64,000 bases of DNA, from positions 758 to 64,757 of the forward strand of contig CATNDJ010000009.1 of NCBI GenBank assembly GCA_950097265.1, given 5' to 3'. The stretch comes from an uncultured Oscillibacter sp. GTDB taxonomy: Bacteria > Bacillota > Clostridia > Oscillospirales > Oscillospiraceae. Below the pieces are notes generated by a model. That model was given only the letters and a program-made list of their open reading frames with translations. It was not told the origin of the DNA and ran no database searches. Made by a program: the position numbers and the translations under genes. Positions 35,278 to 44,861 of the stretch are shown in pieces (positions within the stretch are counted from its first letter, which is position 1; each line of letters begins with the position of its first letter).

Positions 35278-36936
35278 TTATCTGATCGTAATATCCGTGT
35301 AATAAAAGTTCAGAATCTCCTGGGAGCTGTAGCCCAGCTCCGCCATGGCCTTGGCCCCGTATTGGCTGAGGCCCACGTTGTGTCCGTTTCCGGCGCCGGT
35401 GATGACAAAGTTTCCGTTGGAGCTCCCCCCGCCCGCGGGCTGGCGGACCTCGCCGGAGACCGTCACAGTGCCGGAAGAAGTAATCGCCGAGGCGGTGTTT
35501 CCCCGCAGCGTGCCCAACGTCCCGTTTCCGGAAATGACGGCGGCCCCGTCCAGGGAGGAGAGCTGCCCGGAGCCGTTGACGGACAGGCCGCCAAAGTCCC
35601 CCCGCCGGCCGTTGATGTCAAAGCGCATGCTGCTGACGGATTTTTGATAGGTGCTGCTGTAGAAAATCATCCGGCAGTCGTCCCCGGTGAAGGTCTTAGT
35701 ACCGCCGCTTCCCACGAAGGTCACCTGCTTCACGTTCCCTAAGGGCGTGTACTCCGAGACGTAAACGTCCTGAACCGTGCCCACAGAGTGGCCCTTCTGG
35801 TCTAAAATCCAGCTCAGCTCCGAGGCGGTGTAAGTCACGGAATAGCTGTTGTTTGGAACGGAGGTCTGGGCCTCGTAGGGGTCTGTCTTCCCCTTCAGAT
35901 ACCCGGTCTCCGTACCCCAGACGTTGGCCCCGTCCTCGGTGGCCCCGCCGTTGGAGGAGTGGTAAACCGCGTCCTGGACCAAGGTCCCGTTGTAGTAAAT
36001 ACACAGCCCGGCGGTGTTCTCCACCGCCCGGTCGCTGGTCTCCGAGGGTCCCGCGCCGCCGCTTCCGTGGCCGTTGTAGACCTGGCAGTCCACTCCGTTG
36101 CAGACGTCGAAGCCGTTGTCCCGCAGGTGCTTGCTGTGCCCCTGGACAAAGGTTCTGGCACAGACGGCCTGGGCCTCCAGGGCCTCCAGGGGCCACGCGC
36201 CGCCCATCTCGTAGGGGATGACCCCTTTTACATAATCCTCCAGGCCGACAATGTTCACCACGTTCAGATTTCCCCCGGTGACCCGGGGATACTCGAAGCC
36301 CCCACCGTACTTATAGCCCTTGAACCAGGTGGAGGTCTCCCGCCCCGAGGGACGGACTCCCAGGGCGCGGACGCCGCTGCAATCGAACTCGAAGAGAACG
36401 TCCGCAGTCCTGGTCCTGGTGACGATCACCCCTGTGGAGGAGGACCGGACGGCCCGCCCGCCATAGCGGCCCGCCTCCGCTTCCGCTTCGGCCTGAGAAC
36501 CGTAGCAGCCGATCCGGACCACGTGTTCCCAGTCCGTCCAGGCGGGCCAGCCGCCTTCGGACCGGGCCCGGTCCGCCGCCTCTTCAAAAGAGCGGAAGCC
36601 GTCCAGCTGGACGTGCCATTCCCCCAGGGTGCGAAAACCCCCGGCGGGCACGGAGGGGGAATAAACGCCGCTGCCGTCCATATAAATAGTTCCGGCGGCG
36701 GTCATGGAAATGGCGGTTTCCTCCGTCCAGCCCAGGGAGGTAAAGGAGCGGTCTTCCTCAAAATAGCCGAACTCATAGCCGGAGCCCACTGCGTTCTCCA
36801 GATTGGCGGAGAACAGCGCGGAGGAGCCGTACCGCAGGCCCACCTTGACAACGCCGTTGCTTACGGCGGACGCCGCCGGAGTGCTGAGGGCAAAAAAAGT
36901 CACAACGAGAAACAGGGTCAGCAGCTTATTTTTCAT
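35278..36936 (-). CDS. SpoIID/LytB-domain protein (secreted lytic transglycosylase-like)
   Basis: Signal peptide; LEDYVKGVIPYEM, EALEAQAVCART, CQVY, YHSSNGG, GNGHNVGLSQYGA. Confidence 0.92.
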   Translation of the reverse strand: MKNKLLTLFLVVTFFALSTPAASAVSNGVVKVGLRYGSSALFSANLENAVGSGYEFGYFEEDRSFTSLGWTEETAISMTAAGTIYMDGSGVYSPSVPAGGFRTLGEWHVQLDGFRSFEEAADRARSEGGWPAWTDWEHVVRIGCYGSQAEAEAEAGRYGGRAVRSSSTGVIVTRTRTADVLFEFDCSGVRALGVRPSGRETSTWFKGYKYGGGFEYPRVTGGNLNVVNIVGLEDYVKGVIPYEMGGAWPLEALEAQAVCARTFVQGHSKHLRDNGFDVCNGVDCQVYNGHGSGGAGPSETSDRAVENTAGLCIYYNGTLVQDAVYHSSNGGATEDGANVWGTETGYLKGKTDPYEAQTSVPNNSYSVTYTASELSWILDQKGHSVGTVQDVYVSEYTPLGNVKQVTFVGSGGTKTFTGDDCRMIFYSSTYQKSVSSMRFDINGRRGDFGGLSVNGSGQLSSLDGAAVISGNGTLGTLRGNTASAITSSGTVTVSGEVRQPAGGGSSNGNFVITGAGNGHNVGLSQYGAKAMAELGYSSQEILNFYYTDITIR

Positions 36937-37115
36937 GGAACCTCCCAACGTTCCCCGGCTTGACGCGCCGCGGAAATCATGATACCATACGTACAGCAGA
37001 CATTTGTCCGTGCATCAAGCACAATTGTAGCCATATGCGAATATTATAATACAAGACCGCGTTAAATTCAACCAGGAAATCCAAGTGGGCAACAGCGCGG
37101 CGGGAGGAGCATACT

Positions 37116-38207
37116 ATGAAACAGTACAAAGTCGGGGTCATCGGCTGCACCGGCATGGTGGGCCAGCGCTTCGTCACCCTTCTGGAAAATCACCCCTGGT
37201 TCCGCCTGACGGCGGTGGCCGCCAGCGCCCGCAGCGCCGGGAAGACCTATGAGGAGGCCGCCGCTCCCCGCTGGGCCATGACCTCTCCCATGCCGGAGGA
37301 GGCCAAGGGCCTGGTGATCCTGGACGCGGAGGCCGACGCGGAGAAGCTGGCCGCCCAGGTGGATTTCTGTTTCTGCGCCGTGGATATGAAAAAGGAAGAG
37401 ATCCGGGCCCTGGAGGAAAAATACGCCAAGCTGGAATGCCCCATCGTCTCCAACAACTCCGCCCACCGCTGGACGGACGACGTGCCCATGGTGGTGCCGG
37501 AGCTGAACGCGGAGCACATTGAAGTCATCGAGGCCCAGCGGAAGCGCCTGGGCACAAAGCGGGGCTTTATCGCCGTGAAGTCCAACTGCTCTCTCCAAAG
37601 CTACGTCCCCGCCCTGCATCCCCTGCTGAAATACGGCGTGGAAAAGGCCCTGGTCTGTACGTATCAGGCCATCTCCGGCGCGGGCAAGACCTTTGAGCGC
37701 TGGCCGGAGATGATGGACAACTGCATCCCCTATATCGGCGGCGAGGAGGAAAAATCCGAGCAGGAGCCCCTGAAGCTCTGGGGTAAGGTGGAGGGCGGAA
37801 AGATCGTCACGGTCGCCGGCCCCTCCATCACCGCGCAGTGCTTCCGGGTGGCCTGCCAGGACGGCCATATGGCGGCGGTGTTCGTGAAGTTCCAGGAGGG
37901 CAAAAAGCCCACCGCCGGCCAAATCAAGGCCGACTGGGCCGCCTTCCGGGGACCCGCCCAGGAACTGGGCCTCCCCTCCGCCCCCAAACAGTTCCTCCAT
38001 TACTTCGAGGAGCCGGACCGCCCCCAGACCCGGCTGGACCGGAATCTGGAAAACGGCATGGCCGTTTCCCTGGGCCGTCTGCGGGAGGATACGCAGTACG
38101 ACTACAAGTTTGTGGGCCTCAGCCACAACACCCTCCGGGGCGCGGCGGGCGGCGCGGTCCTCCTGGCCGAGCTGCTGTGCGCCAAGGGCTACATTGATGC
38201 GAAGTAA
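37116..38207 (+). CDS. asd: Aspartate-semialdehyde dehydrogenase
   Basis: IGCTGMVGQRF, SNNSAHR, KSNCS, QAISGAG, SHNTLRGAAGG. Confidence 0.95.
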   Translation: MKQYKVGVIGCTGMVGQRFVTLLENHPWFRLTAVAASARSAGKTYEEAAAPRWAMTSPMPEEAKGLVILDAEADAEKLAAQVDFCFCAVDMKKEEIRALEEKYAKLECPIVSNNSAHRWTDDVPMVVPELNAEHIEVIEAQRKRLGTKRGFIAVKSNCSLQSYVPALHPLLKYGVEKALVCTYQAISGAGKTFERWPEMMDNCIPYIGGEEEKSEQEPLKLWGKVEGGKIVTVAGPSITAQCFRVACQDGHMAAVFVKFQEGKKPTAGQIKADWAAFRGPAQELGLPSAPKQFLHYFEEPDRPQTRLDRNLENGMAVSLGRLREDTQYDYKFVGLSHNTLRGAAGGAVLLAELLCAKGYIDAK

Positions 38208-38241
38208 TTTCCTCATTCCTTCTATCCCTCTATATTCCACG

Positions 38242-38280
38242 AAAGAGGCGGTTTCCCGCAGATAAGCGGGCCGCCTCTTT
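38242..38280 (+). terminator. Hairpin between asd and dapA
   Basis: aaagaggcgg...ccgcctcttt. Confidence 0.6.
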
Positions 38281-38316
38281 CTGCCGGTCCAGGACCGAGA
38301 AAGGAGCGCAATTACT

Positions 38317-39207
38317 GTGAAGCATCCCATCTTTACAGGCTCTGCGGTTGCAATTATTACGCCGTTCAAAGATGGCGGCGTGGACTTCGATACCCTGAGG
38401 GACCTTCTGGACTTCCAGCTGGAAAACAGGACGGACGCCGTCGTCGTCTGCGGCACCACCGGCGAAGCCAGCACGATGACTTACCAGGAGCGGGCGGATA
38501 CCATCGCGTTCTGCGTCCGGCATGTGGGAGGCCGGGTCCCGGTCATCGCCGGGTCCGGGTCCAACTCCACGGAAAACGCCGTCACCCTCTCCCGGGAGGC
38601 GGAGCGGCAGGGGGCCGACGCCCTGCTTGTGGTGACGCCCTATTACAACAAAGCCACGCAGGCGGGGCTGCTCCGCCATTACCGGACCATTGCGGGCGCG
38701 GTCTCCCTGCCCATCATTTTATATAACGTTCCCTCCCGCACCGGGGTCTCTATCGCACCGGAGACTTATGCCGCTCTGGCGGAAACCTCCAACATCGCAG
38801 GGGTCAAGGAGGCGTCGGGAAACCTGGGGAATATCCAGCGAACCCGGGTCCTCTGCCCCGAGGACTTCTCTATCTGGTCCGGCAACGACGACGAGACCGT
38901 CCCCATCTGCGCCCTGGGGGGCAAGGGGGTTATCTCCGTGGCCGCCAACATCCTCCCGGCGGAGATGCACCGGCTGACGCAGCTGTGCCTCAAAAACGAC
39001 TTCGCCGCCGCCGGGAAATTGCAGGTACACCTGAAAGAGCTCTGTGACGCCATGTTCTGCGAGGTGAACCCCATCCCGGTAAAGACCGCCTTGGGGCTGT
39101 TGGGCTGGCGGGTCGGAGAGCTCCGGTCCCCCATGTGCCCGCCAAGCCCGGAGAACCTGGAGCGCATCAAAGCTGTGCTGGCAAAGTACGGACTTCCGGT
39201 CTCATAA
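38317..39207 (+). CDS. dapA: 4-hydroxy-tetrahydrodipicolinate synthase
   Basis: GTTGEAST, TPYYNK, ILYNVPSRTG, GVKEAS, EVNPIPVK. Confidence 0.96.
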   Translation: MKHPIFTGSAVAIITPFKDGGVDFDTLRDLLDFQLENRTDAVVVCGTTGEASTMTYQERADTIAFCVRHVGGRVPVIAGSGSNSTENAVTLSREAERQGADALLVVTPYYNKATQAGLLRHYRTIAGAVSLPIILYNVPSRTGVSIAPETYAALAETSNIAGVKEASGNLGNIQRTRVLCPEDFSIWSGNDDETVPICALGGKGVISVAANILPAEMHRLTQLCLKNDFAAAGKLQVHLKELCDAMFCEVNPIPVKTALGLLGWRVGELRSPMCPPSPENLERIKAVLAKYGLPVS

Positions 39208-39209
39208 GC

Positions 39210-39240
39210 AAAGCAGCCGCCCTTCCGGGCGGCTGTTTTT
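39210..39240. terminator. Convergent terminator
   Basis: aaagcagccgccc / gggcggctgttttt. Confidence 0.8.
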
Positions 39241-39243
39241 CTG

Positions 39244-40440
39244 TCACGCAGTCCTCATTTCCTCCCAATACGCCCCGATGGCCCGGATATTTTCCTCTAG
39301 GGATTTGCTCTCGTCGTAGAGCTCGTTATCTGTCCAGTCCGCCAAATCGTCCTTGAACTCTGCGCCGGGACCGCCGGAGCGGAAGTTTCCGCCCTCCGTA
39401 GTCAGCAGCAGCTCGCTGTCCTTCAGGAGGCCGTGGACCTCCTCCAGAAAGGCGGCAATCTCCTCCGGCTCAAAGCGCTCGTGCAGTTCATTGAAGTTCA
39501 TGTCAAAGTTCACACTGCCCTCTCGGACCACCTGCTCTTCCCCGGCTCCATCCAGGTAAAAGAGCTCATATGTATAGGAGGCGTACCCCTGGTACATGGT
39601 GGGGAGATAGCGGAGCAGATAGTCCTCCCCCTCCACCCGGCAGGCGAAGCAGGAGTCCCAGCCCACGTGAGCCTCTACAAAGGAATCGCCCCAATAGAGG
39701 CGGTTGTCCGGCCTGCGGATCCGGAGCTCATACCAGCCCTCCAGATTCGGTTCCTCATCTTCGCCCACTGTCACCAGCTCTACGAGTTCCGGCTCCCCGT
39801 CGTGGTCAAAGTCATAACTCCCCGGCAGGGTCTCATGGCGCTCCTCCCAGACAATGCCGTTGAGCTTTCCCTCCCGCGCCTCTACGGCACAGATGTAAAA
39901 CCTCTGTTCTCCGGCGTCACCGCCCCGGCCGATGGTCAAATCCAAACTGCCCTCCGACTGCCACACACCCCAAGGCTCGTCCTCCGGCAGGAACGTATAT
40001 TCCGGGATAGGACTCCCGTCCGGCAGGGTGAAGTCCCACCTGCTCCAGTTCTCCGTCTCGAGGATGACAATGCCGCACCACGTCCGGGCACTGTAAGCCA
40101 AGGCCGCAAAACCTCCCTCCGGAGACCAGAGGATGGACTGCCAGGGCCAGCCCTGGTCCTGCCAAAGCACCTCCCCCGTCTCCCGGTCTATGATTTGCAG
40201 ATACTCCGGGGGCTGGACGCCGCTGACATAGTCGCCGCCGGCTCCCTGGGCCCTGGCCTCGAAGCGCCCATCCGGAGAAAGGGTCTCCCCTTCTATCTGA
40301 GCCACCGGCGTGGCGGCGATCAGCGCTTCATACGCGTCCGGCTCCTCCGCCGGAGCCTCTGTTTTTGCCGGAGGCTCCTCTGCCTGTCCGCAAGCCGCCA
40401 GCAGCAGCATCAGCGCCAAAACGTCCAGCAGTCTCTTCAT
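39244..40440 (-). CDS. Acidic lipoprotein of unknown function
   Basis: Lipobox LLAAC; DFDHDGEPE (DxDxDG Ca-binding-like loop); Trp-rich. Confidence 0.75.
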   Translation of the reverse strand: MKRLLDVLALMLLLAACGQAEEPPAKTEAPAEEPDAYEALIAATPVAQIEGETLSPDGRFEARAQGAGGDYVSGVQPPEYLQIIDRETGEVLWQDQGWPWQSILWSPEGGFAALAYSARTWCGIVILETENWSRWDFTLPDGSPIPEYTFLPEDEPWGVWQSEGSLDLTIGRGGDAGEQRFYICAVEAREGKLNGIVWEERHETLPGSYDFDHDGEPELVELVTVGEDEEPNLEGWYELRIRRPDNRLYWGDSFVEAHVGWDSCFACRVEGEDYLLRYLPTMYQGYASYTYELFYLDGAGEEQVVREGSVNFDMNFNELHERFEPEEIAAFLEEVHGLLKDSELLLTTEGGNFRSGGPGAEFKDDLADWTDNELYDESKSLEENIRAIGAYWEEMRTA

Positions 40441-40473
40441 GCGCCCCTCTCCTTTTATTAGAATAGTATCAGC

Positions 40474-40502
40474 AGTATACCGCCCCGCCAGCTCCGCCGC
40501 AA
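40474..40502 (-). promoter_or_regulatory. sigmaA promoter of the lipoprotein gene
   Basis: TTGCGG-17-TATACT. Confidence 0.6.
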
Positions 40503-40588
40503 TCTCAAAGCGGTTACAATTCTTTACAATCCGGTACAGAAGCCCGGGGCGGCGGGAAAATGCGGCCAGGTTTTTCCTCTTTTACCAC

Positions 40589-40617
40589 TTGTGCTTTTCC
40601 GTGGAATCGTTTATAAT
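40589..40617 (+). promoter_or_regulatory. sigmaA promoter of asp23-fakA
   Basis: TTGTGC-17-TATAAT. Confidence 0.6.
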
Positions 40618-40688
40618 AATGGGCAAGTGCTGGTTCAGCCGGGGGCGGAAGCGCCCCTTGTCAATACCGGGAAAGAAAGGACGTTCTC

Positions 40689-41039
40689 ATGATTCAATTC
40701 AAGTCTGAACAAGGTGAGATCTCCGTCAGCAGCGCCGTGTTTTCCAACATCACGGGTATGGCCGCCACCAACTGCTTCGGCGTCAAGGGCATGGCTTTCC
40801 GCTCCATGACCGACGGACTGGTCCACCTGCTGCGCCGCGAAGCTATGAGCAAGGGCGTCAGCATCTCGTATCACGAAGACGACTCCATCTCCATTGAGCT
40901 CCACATCATCGTGGAAAACGGCGTGAACCTCCCCGCAGTCTGCCGGTCCATCATGAACGAGGTTCGCTATGTGGTGGAGAAAAACACCGGCGTCACGGTC
41001 CGGGCCGTGGACGTCTGCGTGGACTCCATGACCCTGTGA
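40689..41039 (+). CDS. Asp23/Gls24-family protein (YloU-like)
   Basis: AATNCFGVKGMA, IELHIIVENGVNL. Confidence 0.92.
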   Translation: MIQFKSEQGEISVSSAVFSNITGMAATNCFGVKGMAFRSMTDGLVHLLRREAMSKGVSISYHEDDSISIELHIIVENGVNLPAVCRSIMNEVRYVVEKNTGVTVRAVDVCVDSMTL

Positions 41040-41055
41040 GGGAGGAAGAAAGCGA

Positions 41056-42747
41056 ATGAAAGAACAAATCACCGGCGGGCTTTTCAAGCGGATGATCCTC
41101 CACGGAGCCGCCGCCATCACGGCCCAGAAACAGGCCATCAACGACCTGAACGTCTTCCCAGTCCCCGACGGAGACACGGGCACCAATATGTCCATGACCA
41201 TCGGCGCCGCCGTGACGGAGCTGAAAAAGGCCGAGCCCGCGGCGCTGGATCAGGCTGTGTCCATTACGGCCTCCGCCCTTCTCCGGGGCGCCCGTGGCAA
41301 CTCCGGCGTCATTCTTTCCCTGCTCTTCCGGGGCCTCTCCAAGGGCCTGAAGGGCCTGGAAACCGCCGGGGCCGCCGACTTCGCCGCCGCCATGCAGGAG
41401 GGCGTGTCCTCCGCCTACAAGGCCGTCATGAAGCCCGCCGAGGGCACCGTCCTCACCGTGTCCCGCCTGGCCGCCAAGCGGGCTGTGGAGTGCGCCGCCG
41501 GGGAAGCGGACTTCGAGAAGGTACTGGAGGCCGCCATTCAGGAGGGCTACGAGGCCCTGGCCCAAACCACCGATATGAACCCGGTGCTGAAAAAGGCCGG
41601 AGTAGTGGACGCGGGCGGCAAGGGCTACCTGCTGATTCTGGAGGGTATGCTGGCGGAGCTCCGGGGAGAGCCCATGCCGGAGGCCGTGGAAGAGGAGTCT
41701 CAAAAGGCCAAGGCCGACTTCGACGTGTTTTCTACCGAGGAAATCACCTTCGCCTTTGACACGGTGTTTATCGTCCGAAAGAACGACCCCAATGTAAACC
41801 TGGACCCCTTCCGGGCCTATCTCAACAGCATCGGGGACAGCCTGGTTATCGGAGAGGACGACGAGGCGTTCAAGGTCCATGTCCATACCAACATCCCCGG
41901 CAGCGCCCTGACAGAGGGGCAAAAGTACGGCACCCTGGAGCTGGCGAAGATTGAGAACATGCGGACCCAGTACGAGGACGTGGCCGCCGGAAAGAAAGCC
42001 CAGAGCGTGGACGACCTGGAGATGGAAGAAGCGGCGCTGGAAGCCGCCGGAAACCCGGAGAGCGGCCACAAAGTAGCCCCGCCGGAGAAGAAGTACGGCT
42101 TCCTCTCCGTCTGTGCCGGGGATGGCCTGGCCGCCGTGTTTCAGGACCTGGGCGTGGACGGCGTGGTATCCGGCGGACAGACCATGAACCCCTCCACAGA
42201 GAGCATTCTGGAGGGTGTGGACCAAATCCCCGCCGAGACGGTGTTCGTCCTGCCCAACAACGGAAATATCATCATGGCCGCCCAGCAGTGCGCGGCTCTG
42301 ACGGAGAAAAACGTGGTGGTCATCCCCACCAAAACGGTACCCCAGGGCATCACCGCCATGATGAACGTGGACTTCGAGGCTCCCGACGCCGAAACTCTGA
42401 CCGGGTCCATGACGGAGGCCCTCTCCGGCGTTACCACCGCCCAGATCACTTACGCGGCCCGAGACTCGGACTTCGACGGCTTTGACATCAAGGCCGGGGA
42501 TTATCTGGCTCTGGAGGAGGGAAAGCTCTTCGGGACGGATGGATCTCTTCACAGCCTCCTGGAAAAGCTGGCGGCAGACGCGGCGGAGCGTGACGCGTCC
42601 TTCATCTCGCTGTACTTCGGCGAGGACGTGAAGGAGGAGGACGCACAGGAGGCCGGCAAGCTCTTTGAAGACGCCTGTCCCGGCGCGGAAGTCATGGTTC
42701 TCTCCGGCGGGCAGCCTGTATACTATTATATTATCTCCATGGAATAA
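41056..42747 (+). CDS. fakA: DAK2-domain fatty acid kinase catalytic subunit (YloV-like)
   Basis: NVFPVPDGDTGTNM, GARGNSGVILS, KPAEGTVLTV, VVDAGG, GGQTMNPS, GGQPVYYY. Confidence 0.93.
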   Translation: MKEQITGGLFKRMILHGAAAITAQKQAINDLNVFPVPDGDTGTNMSMTIGAAVTELKKAEPAALDQAVSITASALLRGARGNSGVILSLLFRGLSKGLKGLETAGAADFAAAMQEGVSSAYKAVMKPAEGTVLTVSRLAAKRAVECAAGEADFEKVLEAAIQEGYEALAQTTDMNPVLKKAGVVDAGGKGYLLILEGMLAELRGEPMPEAVEEESQKAKADFDVFSTEEITFAFDTVFIVRKNDPNVNLDPFRAYLNSIGDSLVIGEDDEAFKVHVHTNIPGSALTEGQKYGTLELAKIENMRTQYEDVAAGKKAQSVDDLEMEEAALEAAGNPESGHKVAPPEKKYGFLSVCAGDGLAAVFQDLGVDGVVSGGQTMNPSTESILEGVDQIPAETVFVLPNNGNIIMAAQQCAALTEKNVVVIPTKTVPQGITAMMNVDFEAPDAETLTGSMTEALSGVTTAQITYAARDSDFDGFDIKAGDYLALEEGKLFGTDGSLHSLLEKLAADAAERDASFISLYFGEDVKEEDAQEAGKLFEDACPGAEVMVLSGGQPVYYYIISME

Positions 42748-42751
42748 GCGG

Positions 42752-42780
42752 CAGGCCCGGACCACGTGGGTCCGGGCCTG
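42752..42780 (+). terminator. Perfect 12-bp hairpin sharing the CCCGGAC/GTCCGGG core
   Basis: caggcccggacc-acgtg-ggtccgggcctg. Confidence 0.65.
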
Positions 42781-42806
42781 TTTCGTGTTGGAAAGAAGGT
42801 TCTGGC

Positions 42807-43748
42807 ATGACCGTCGGCCGCTTCGCCCCCTCCCCCAGCGGGCGCATTCATTTGGGAAATATTCTCTGCTGCCTCCTGGCCTGGCTCAGCGCCCGGCGGA
42901 AGGGCGGGAAAATCATCCTGCGGATCGAGGACCTGGACGCAGCCCGCTGCCCCCGGCGCTACGCCGGGCAGATGATTGAGGACCTCCGCTGGCTGGGCCT
43001 GGACTGGGACGAAGGACCGGAGGCCGGGGGACCGGACGAGCCCTACTTTCAAAGCCAAAGGACGGCGCTCTACCAGGCCGCGCTGGAGCGGCTGGAGGCC
43101 CAGGATCTGATTTACCCCTGCTTCTGCACCCGGGCGGAGCTCCACGCCGCCAGCGCCCCCCACCGGGAAGACGGCCAGACCGTTTACGCCGGAACCTGCC
43201 GGGGGCTGACCCCCGCCCAACGGGAGGAACGGGCCAAAGCACGCCCTCCTGCCTTACGGCTCCGAGTGCCTGACAAGGAGTTTTCCTTGATAGATGGACA
43301 CATGGGAAACTATGCGGAAAATCTGGCGCGGGACTGCGGGGATTTTCTCCTGCGCCGGTCCGACGGCATGTTTGCCTATCAGCTTGCGGTGGTAGTGGAC
43401 GACACCGCTATGGGGGTGACAGAGGTGGTCCGGGGGGCGGACCTGCTGGCCTCCACGCCGCGGCAGCTGTATCTCTACCAGCTCCTGGGGCTGACTCCCC
43501 CGGCGTTCATCCACTTCCCCCTCCTGCTGGCTCCCGATGGGCGGCGGCTCTCCAAGCGGGATGCCGACGCGGGGTTGGACAGCCTCCGGGGGCGGGTCAC
43601 AGCGGAGGAGCTGCTGGGACGGCTGGCCCAACTGGCGGGCTTCCACCCTTCCGGTGAACCCTGCCCGGCGGCAGGACTGCTGAGGGAATTTTCCTGGGAA
43701 ACGGTTCCCCGGGAGGACATCCGGCTGCCGGAAAACCTGTTTGAATAG
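42807..43748 (+). CDS. gluQ: Glutamyl-queuosine tRNA(Asp) synthetase
   Basis: GRFAPSPSGRIHLGN, RIEDLD, YPCFCTR, YQLAVVVDD, VVRGADLL, RLSKR; 313 aa, no anticodon-binding domain. Confidence 0.9.
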   Translation: MTVGRFAPSPSGRIHLGNILCCLLAWLSARRKGGKIILRIEDLDAARCPRRYAGQMIEDLRWLGLDWDEGPEAGGPDEPYFQSQRTALYQAALERLEAQDLIYPCFCTRAELHAASAPHREDGQTVYAGTCRGLTPAQREERAKARPPALRLRVPDKEFSLIDGHMGNYAENLARDCGDFLLRRSDGMFAYQLAVVVDDTAMGVTEVVRGADLLASTPRQLYLYQLLGLTPPAFIHFPLLLAPDGRRLSKRDADAGLDSLRGRVTAEELLGRLAQLAGFHPSGEPCPAAGLLREFSWETVPREDIRLPENLFE

Positions 43749-43781
43749 GAAAAGACCGGGGATTTATGTCCCCGGTCCTTT

Positions 43782-44606
43782 TTATAGAAAGGTTTCGATC
43801 TCCTTCGGCTCCTGAAAGTTCTTCTCCAGCATGGCCACATGGGAGAGGAAAGCCGGGTCGTCGAAGTATTTGGCGTGATGGGTGCATTTCCGCACGCAGG
43901 ATTGGCACTTGATGCAGATCCCCGGCACCTCCGCCACGTTCTTCGGGTCGATGGCCCCCATGGGGCAGGTCCGGGCGCAGACTCCGCAGTTGCAGCATTT
44001 GCCCAGGTCCGTTTTCGGCTTGGCCTTCAGGAACTTTGCCGGCTCGCCGTCCAGGCCCTTGGGGATGTAATAAGGCGCTTCCGGGTCCCCCGGGACTTCC
44101 ACCGGCGGGGAAATCTCTCTTTGCTCCCGGAGCTTTGCGGCAATCCGCCCCGCAAAGGCGCGGATGGCCCGTCTGTCGTCCCAGTCGGGGCGGCCGTCGC
44201 CCAGGACGTCGGTAAAGGCGTGGCGGCCCGGGAAAGTCCCCGCCGCCACGGTGCGGAAACCCTTTGACTCCAGCAGGGCGCAGAGCTCCGCCAGGGAATT
44301 GTCGTAGGCCCGGTTGCCGAAGGTCACCGCCGCCACCGCCAAGGCTCCGTTTCCCCGGAGCCTGGCCTGAAAGTCCGGCGCGATCTTGTTGGGCATCCGG
44401 CCCGCATAGGTGGGAGACCCCACCACCACCAGGTCGCCGGGGCCGAACACGTAATCCGCGGCCCGCTCGCCGGGCTTGCGGAAGCCGTGGAAAACCGCTT
44501 GGGGCCGACCCAGTTCCTCCTCCAGTCCCTCCATCAGGGCGCGGACCACCTTTTCCGTAACGCCGGTGGCGCTGTAGCAGAGCCCGTGAATCTGTCTCAC
44601 TTCCAT
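43782..44606 (-). CDS. EFR1-type flavodoxin-ferredoxin fusion
   Basis: YSATG, GSPTYAGRMP, TFGNRAYDNSL; two CxxCxxCxxxC-type motifs (CCNCGVCARTCP, CIKCQSCVRKC). Confidence 0.88.
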   Translation of the reverse strand: MEVRQIHGLCYSATGVTEKVVRALMEGLEEELGRPQAVFHGFRKPGERAADYVFGPGDLVVVGSPTYAGRMPNKIAPDFQARLRGNGALAVAAVTFGNRAYDNSLAELCALLESKGFRTVAAGTFPGRHAFTDVLGDGRPDWDDRRAIRAFAGRIAAKLREQREISPPVEVPGDPEAPYYIPKGLDGEPAKFLKAKPKTDLGKCCNCGVCARTCPMGAIDPKNVAEVPGICIKCQSCVRKCTHHAKYFDDPAFLSHVAMLEKNFQEPKEIETFL

Positions 44607-44622
44607 GAACGACCCTCCAATC

Positions 44623-44832
44623 TCACAGGGAAAAATCCTCTTCGCTGAGCCGTTTGGTGTCCAGCGCCGCCGGGCGGGGCGGGACGCGCTTCAGCGGGTC
44701 GTAGCGGAAAGCCCGGCAGGAATGCTCCACCGGCACCACGCCCCGCTTCACGCAGGCCACCTCCCGCTCGTTCAGCTGCTGTCCCCGCTTGCAGTAGGCA
44801 CAGCGGGGGTCGATGTCTTTCCGGAAGAGCAT
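44623..44832 (-). CDS. Small Cys-containing conserved hypothetical protein
   Basis: SD GGGGAGG; CAYC...C.KRG.V....SC..F.YDPLKR.P. Confidence 0.7.
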   Translation of the reverse strand: MLFRKDIDPRCAYCKRGQQLNEREVACVKRGVVPVEHSCRAFRYDPLKRVPPRPAALDTKRLSEEDFSL

Positions 44833-44861
44833 AGGCCCTCCCCCCTTCTAAATGGATAGTC

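Noticed and set aside
36990-37115. Lysine riboswitch upstream of asd-dapA
   Set aside because: The leader is only about 60 nt and lacks the aptamer's conserved blocks
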